Assembly: GCA_000934665.2 (NCBI GenBank) | Contig: JYFJ02003771.1 | Location: 1-38,015, forward strand | Direction of reading: 5' to 3' | Length of the DNA stretch: 38,015 nt | Source: Catajapyx aquilonaris | Taxonomy: Eukaryota | In this document: piece after piece, positions 33,475 through 38,015 of the stretch | Numbering within the stretch: the stretch's first letter is position 1 | Layout of the letters: the number at the start of each line of letters is the position of its first letter | Program-made: the position numbers and the translations under genes | The notes under the pieces: generated by a model | Told to the model about the DNA's origin: nothing | The model's database searches: none | The model's input: the letters and a program-made list of their open reading frames with translations, nothing else

Positions 33475-36400
33475 ATGGGGTGCAAGGCCACGACCACGGT
33501 GCAGAGGGTCTACCCCTTCCTGCTCCTCTTCACCATGGACCTGCTCATGGAAGGTATGGATTACATCATGCAGCTGCTCTGGTCTGGTGGTTGGCACTGA
33601 TGGGTGTGTCGTCAATACACAGGTACCAGTTCCAGTGGGGACGTGGAGAAGCACCTGGAGATGGGGAGGAGGTCACTCGCTCAGGGGGAACTGCAGGCCG
33701 CACTCTCACATTTCCATGCCGCTGTCGGTTAGTATATCCTAGTATATCTCATCCTGGAAGGCTGGGAAGGAAGGACGTATTGGACTGCATTTACAGTGCA
33801 AGAATATGCGCATCTGGTTTACCGGGATGATTGCTTGGCCAATGATTACTGCTCAACGTAAATACTGAAATGACTATTTAAAGAAAAACAAACCGGAAGT
33901 GGCATTTGCGAGCTGGTTTAGTGCAATTTGCACCAGTGGACCAGTTCCTGAATGGTGCTGGTTGGTAAGAATACTAGCGCATCTAAAGTATCAATCGAAC
34001 CCTGGATTGTAGGTGGTTTTATCAGTGCTTGACAGTCACCCTAAAGGAATTGAACTAGGTTACGCTTCCATCACCCCTACCAGTGGACTCGATAAAAAGG
34101 TCTGAATATGTACAGTACTACTGTATGTGAAAATAACAAAAGTCCACGCAACATACCCAAAAGGGATCAAAACACTACCCAGTCTACATGGATGTAACTA
34201 GGTTACTACTAGTGTAGGGTAGGAGCTGCATGGCTTGATGAATTTTTCATGGCCACTGCAACACACTACGGGAACTTGGGTCTGTAAAAGAAAATGAGAG
34301 AAAATCGCCACTTATGGCTCAAGTTATGTGTGTGTTATGAATCACAATACATAATTGAATATGACCAGATATAATTATCATATCTTAGACAGCTGTTCAC
34401 TAACATCAGAGGCTGGTTGCTCTGGAATGTGTGTGTTGTATTGCTAATGAGCAAAAGCAGTTCTTTTTTCCTATTGTTTGGCCATTAATAATTCCTTAAC
34501 ATCTTTTTATCAGAGCTATGATGAATATGGGCTGCGTAAAAGCTGATAAGAGACTACCGATAAGAAGGAACTGCACTGTATCATGTGCTTCCTCATATTC
34601 AGTCGAACATTAAGCAATGCGGGGAGTTTCAATTGAATTGACCATAATGGTTAGCAGTTTTCCTTCTCAGATTTTTATTGTTAAGCAGTTGATTTTAGCA
34701 GCTAAATAACACTATTACAATGAGTGAAAGCATTCATTCAGGCTTTGAATTACACTGGGTCTGTTTATTACCTGTGATTACATTCATATTGGGAATTTTC
34801 GAGCAGCAAGCTATTGCCAGTTTTCCCTTTTGAGCCACTGGCACCCGGAGCAACATACTATAATCATGAAATTATTGATCCATGCATTAAAAATTGACTT
34901 ATAATACCATTTAAAGTGTCACAATCAAATTAATGAGTTACTTGGCATTTCTCAATTACAGAAGTTATGTAATTTTGTTTTGTTTTATTTACAGAGGGAG
35001 ATCCGAACAATTACATGACATACTACACTCGTGCTACAGTGTACCTTGCTCTTGGGAAATCCAAATCAGCGCTGCCTGATCTAAATAAAGTTATAGAGCT
35101 TAAACCCGACTTTACATCAGTAAGTTGCTTAGTCTTATCAAGTCTTATACACGTCAGCACATGCTCATGGCAGTTAAACATTCTTGTAGGCTCGCATGCA
35201 GCGGGGCAATGTTCTCCTAAAGATGGGTCGACTAGATGAAGCGCACATTGACTTTGAGGCAGTGGTAAGTGTGAATGGATTTTGGATTTGTTTTGTGCTT
35301 GACACTAATAGTTTTATTACAGCTTAGAAAAGAGCCGGAGAATGAGGAAGCCATGAACAACTATAATTTAATACCTCCATTGAAGAGGGACATAGAATCA
35401 GCCTACTATTACATAGAGCGAAGGGATTACAATTCTGCAGTTGCTCTTTTATCTGCATCAATTGAGGTAAGTAACATTTTCGCATGTGATGTATAATAAT
35501 GCAGATTTTTTTTTGCCTGATCCTGCTTTTTTATGTTTCCATGTTCCATTGAAAAGTTCTAAGAGAGACAAGAAGACCTAAACAGACTCAAGTTATCAAA
35601 TAAATATAAATATTAGTACTTTCAGAACATATCATTTGATTCGTTGCCAGCACCATATCTAAACAAAGAACACTCTATAACCATAAAAAGACCAATATGC
35701 GCAAGAAATAGAAATAACTGGATTCCTTTAACAAACGGCTCAGCACTTCTAATAGACACGGACGAAAAATGTCCTATTTGCAATAATTTAAAAAATAATT
35801 CGTGATTCCATATCATCTCAGAATGCAATAAAATTGTATGCAATCTCTAATAAAAGAACTGAATTGGCACCCGCCCTAAAGACCAATTTTTATAGTAATG
35901 TATAGCAACAGCCCCAATAAACGAGATAGTAAACATAAACCAAATGCTCATCAAATATAATAAGTATATGAACTGGTTAGACTGAGCGAGGAGTGCGCAT
36001 TGTATTATATAGTATCAAAATGAAAAGAAATAGCGAATAATTAACAACACTAATAGAAACACTCATTGTTACATCACATACTGTTTAATTAACAAATACA
36101 CAAAAGCATGTGTCACCCCCCCTTAAAATAAGAAGGGTAGAATTTTCTATGTTGGATATTGTTTTGTAAACTGTAAATAAATGAACATTGATTGATTGAT
36201 TGAAAAGTTCTAAACAATAGCACTTACGCAAATTTTCAGTTATGCCCTTGGGATGCAAACATGCGAGAGACAAGAGCAGAGAGTTACATAGCAATGGGCG
36301 ACTTGATGAAAGCGATAATGGATGTTCGATCCACAACAAAGCTAATTCCTGACAATACAGCTGGATTCCTCAAACTCTCTAAGCTTCATTATGATCTTGG

Positions 36401-36635
36401 AGAGGCAGACGAATCACTCAAGTGAGTCCAAAGAAAGTGTTATGTTTGGCTCAACTCGTAGATTTACTCTGCCTGTTCTTTCAGGGAGATTCGTGAGTGC
36501 CTTAAACTCGACCCTGACCACAAAGACTGCTTCGCCCACTACAAAAAAGTGAAGAAGTTGGCCAAGCTGATGCAAGATGCCCAGGATGCTGTGAATGAGA
36601 ATCGATATGAGGACTGCATACAGGCTGCCAATAAG
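33475..36635 (+). CDS. DNAJC3: DnaJ homolog subfamily C member 3 (P58IPK), 5' portion; gene continues beyond the window
   Basis: Exons 33475-33553, 33623-33727, 34995-35119, 35190-35264, 35323-35466, 36240-36421 and 36485-36635 join in frame. The signal peptide VYPFLLLFTMDLLMEG is followed by TPR repeats: DVEKHLEMGRR, ALSHFHAAVEGDPNNY, RATVYLALGKSKSALPDL, ARMQRGNVLLKMG, CPWDA, EIRECLKLDPDHKDCF. The J domain is not within the window. Confidence 0.95.
35563..36198 (+). mobile_element. 5'-truncated, decayed non-LTR retrotransposon (LINE ORF2 C-terminus) in DNAJC3 intron 5
   Basis: A-rich strand encoding a CCHC knuckle CPICNNLKNNS*FHIISEC (35770-35826, in-frame stop); AATAAA 36175-36180; (ATTG)n tail. 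15-bp TSD ATTGAAAAGTTCTAA at 35548-35562 and 36199-36213. Confidence 0.85.
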
Positions 36636-37009
36636 GTATACATGCTTGGTACATAGGTGGCATACTGCACTTGAGCCAAGTTCTTCTGTCAGGCCTAACA
36701 CACCCAATCTAATCCCACCACTCTCCCTTATGCAATAACTATGAAAATATGTTTGCGAAGTAATGAGTTGTTGTGTCTCAGGTACTGTTCTCTGGTAATA
36801 TGGGTGCAATCTGCAATTTCTCAAATTTAAATTGAAATAGAATGACAATGATCTGTGTTGTGATATGACATGTGAAGTGTATCGCACAGACCTTTATTGG
36901 CTGATGTTACAGATTTAGAATTCTTGGGTGAAAAGCTGATGTCCAGGGAGGAGGTGCAGGTGCAGTGAAATAATAATAATATATCTTATGTGCAAGTGCA
37001 GTGCAATGA

Positions 37010-37197
37010 CATATGTGGTCATTTTGTGAGCTCCCCCGGGTGGTTTAGTTTATCGGAAATACTACGCGAGACGAAGTCAGAGATGGCCCTAAACTCTGCA
37101 TTGAGAGATGAAGGGGGTGTCCCCAGGAGGGATTTGATCCCAGGACCTCAACATCCGTGGGCACATACGTTACCGCAGTGCCACTTCGTCAACCTCT
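37010..37197 (-). mobile_element. Diverged tRNA-derived SINE (copy A)
   Basis: Minus-strand head with A-box-like GTGGCACTGCGG and B-box-like GGATCAAATCC (37121-37190). Flanked by GTGCAATGA at 37001-37009 and 37199-37207; its 3' part resembles 37620-37711. Confidence 0.65.
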
Positions 37198-37208
37198 GGT
37201 GCAATGAA

Positions 37209-37608
37209 TTATTATTATTATTATTTTTTTTTTATATTATTATTATTATTATTATTATTATTTTTTTTTTTACGTTACCCTGTGATAAGGCGGAGCCTTT
37301 TTAGGGTGGGTGGAATACCAGCATATAACTCCATTTTTCTAGATTTTTAACTTCAATCTCCGGTGCAAGGAGTCAAGGATGTAGGGTAGGGGTAGGGATT
37401 TTTGGGGAGGGAACATAGGTGCAAGTGCAAGGTCTGTAAAGGGGTCATATGCTGTTCCCCAGGAGGTTAGGTTGCCAGACACCTCCAAGGTGTAGGTCAG
37501 AGACCGTCCTGATGCAGGTGAAAGGAAAACTCCCCAGGCGGGGATCGAACCTGGGGCCTCTCACTCAGCAAGCCGAGATGTTACCATCTCAGCCATCTAC
37601 ACCTCCCC
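37209..37608 (-). mobile_element. tRNA-derived SINE (copy B) with A/(AAT)n tail
   Basis: Minus-strand head with A box TGGCTGAGATGG and B box GGTTCGATCCC (37531-37602); tail at 37209-37270. 11-bp TSD GGTGCAATGAA at 37198-37208 and 37609-37619. Confidence 0.85.
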
Positions 37609-37619
37609 GGTGCAATGAA

Positions 37620-37711
37620 ATGTTATAGGTGGTCATTCTGTGAGTTCCCTTGGGCAGTTAGTCTCAAGGAATCCCAGACAAAGCCACTTTGCGGCCCCAA
37701 ATTGAAAGATG
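37620..37711 (-). mobile_element. Truncated 3' fragment related to SINE copy A (copy C)
   Basis: GTGGTCATTCTGTGAGTTCCCTTGGG...AGACAAAGCCA...TTGAAAGATG parallels GTGGTCATTTTGTGAGCTCCCCCGGG...AGACGAAGTCA...TTGAGAGATG in copy A. Confidence 0.55.
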
Positions 37712-38015
37712 TATTCCTGCATATTCCAGTTCTTCCTGCTTTTCACCATGAATATTAGTGATCAAAGCAAGCTGACCTCCTGCAGATTTCATGTTACACT
37801 GGAAAGATTTTGGTTTTGGGTCAAGTTGTTACAAGTTAGAACGTAATGAACATGGTGCAAAAGGATGAGGCACAAAATATATGGGCGAGTGGCCTTCCGT
37901 TCGATTTGCCTGAAAATTGGATATGTTGCAGCCCAGACCATCCTGATCAATGTTGGATAGGGACATTTCGAGGTAGGACCTACAGGGAGCATGCTAATTG
38001 CTATTCATCGAAGAG

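Noticed and set aside
33031..33830. Long ORFs on both strands around the DNAJC3 start, including an in-frame upstream ATG at 33256
   Set aside because: This is GC-rich promoter and simple-repeat sequence. The 33256 ATG lies upstream of the ERSE and would bury the signal peptide.
37531..37602. tRNA gene
   Set aside because: It has A and B boxes but a poor cloverleaf, continues into a body and tail, and is flanked by a TSD, so it is a SINE head. The same applies to 8710-8785.

Overview
This is eukaryotic, intron-containing DNA, most likely from an arthropod: the DDX3 N-terminus MSYALNQNGTGLEQQ matches the belle-type start. Five protein-coding genes could be spliced by hand into open frames. 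They are PCCA (+, 6 exons, one GC-AG intron), an intronless HADHB-like thiolase (+, probable retrocopy), SPCS2 (-, 4 exons), DDX3/belle/PL10 (+, 10 exons, head-to-head with SPCS2), and the 5' part of DNAJC3/P58IPK (+, 7 exons seen, continuing off the window, with a perfect ERSE upstream). The introns hold several mobile-element insertions with visible target-site duplications: a V-domain-like tRNA SINE, a non-autonomous Helitron with a short retroposon in its 3' end, a truncated LINE, and a tandem stack of SINEs that each abut the same GTGCAATGA motif. The first 8 kb has no recognisable protein gene, but it contains a fold-back compound microsatellite and candidate exons of a transcript divergent from PCCA. 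I see no evidence of a wholly new multi-gene system. The best leads are the SINE stack, the thiolase retrocopy and the fold-back element. All homology calls rest on motif recognition; no database search was run.
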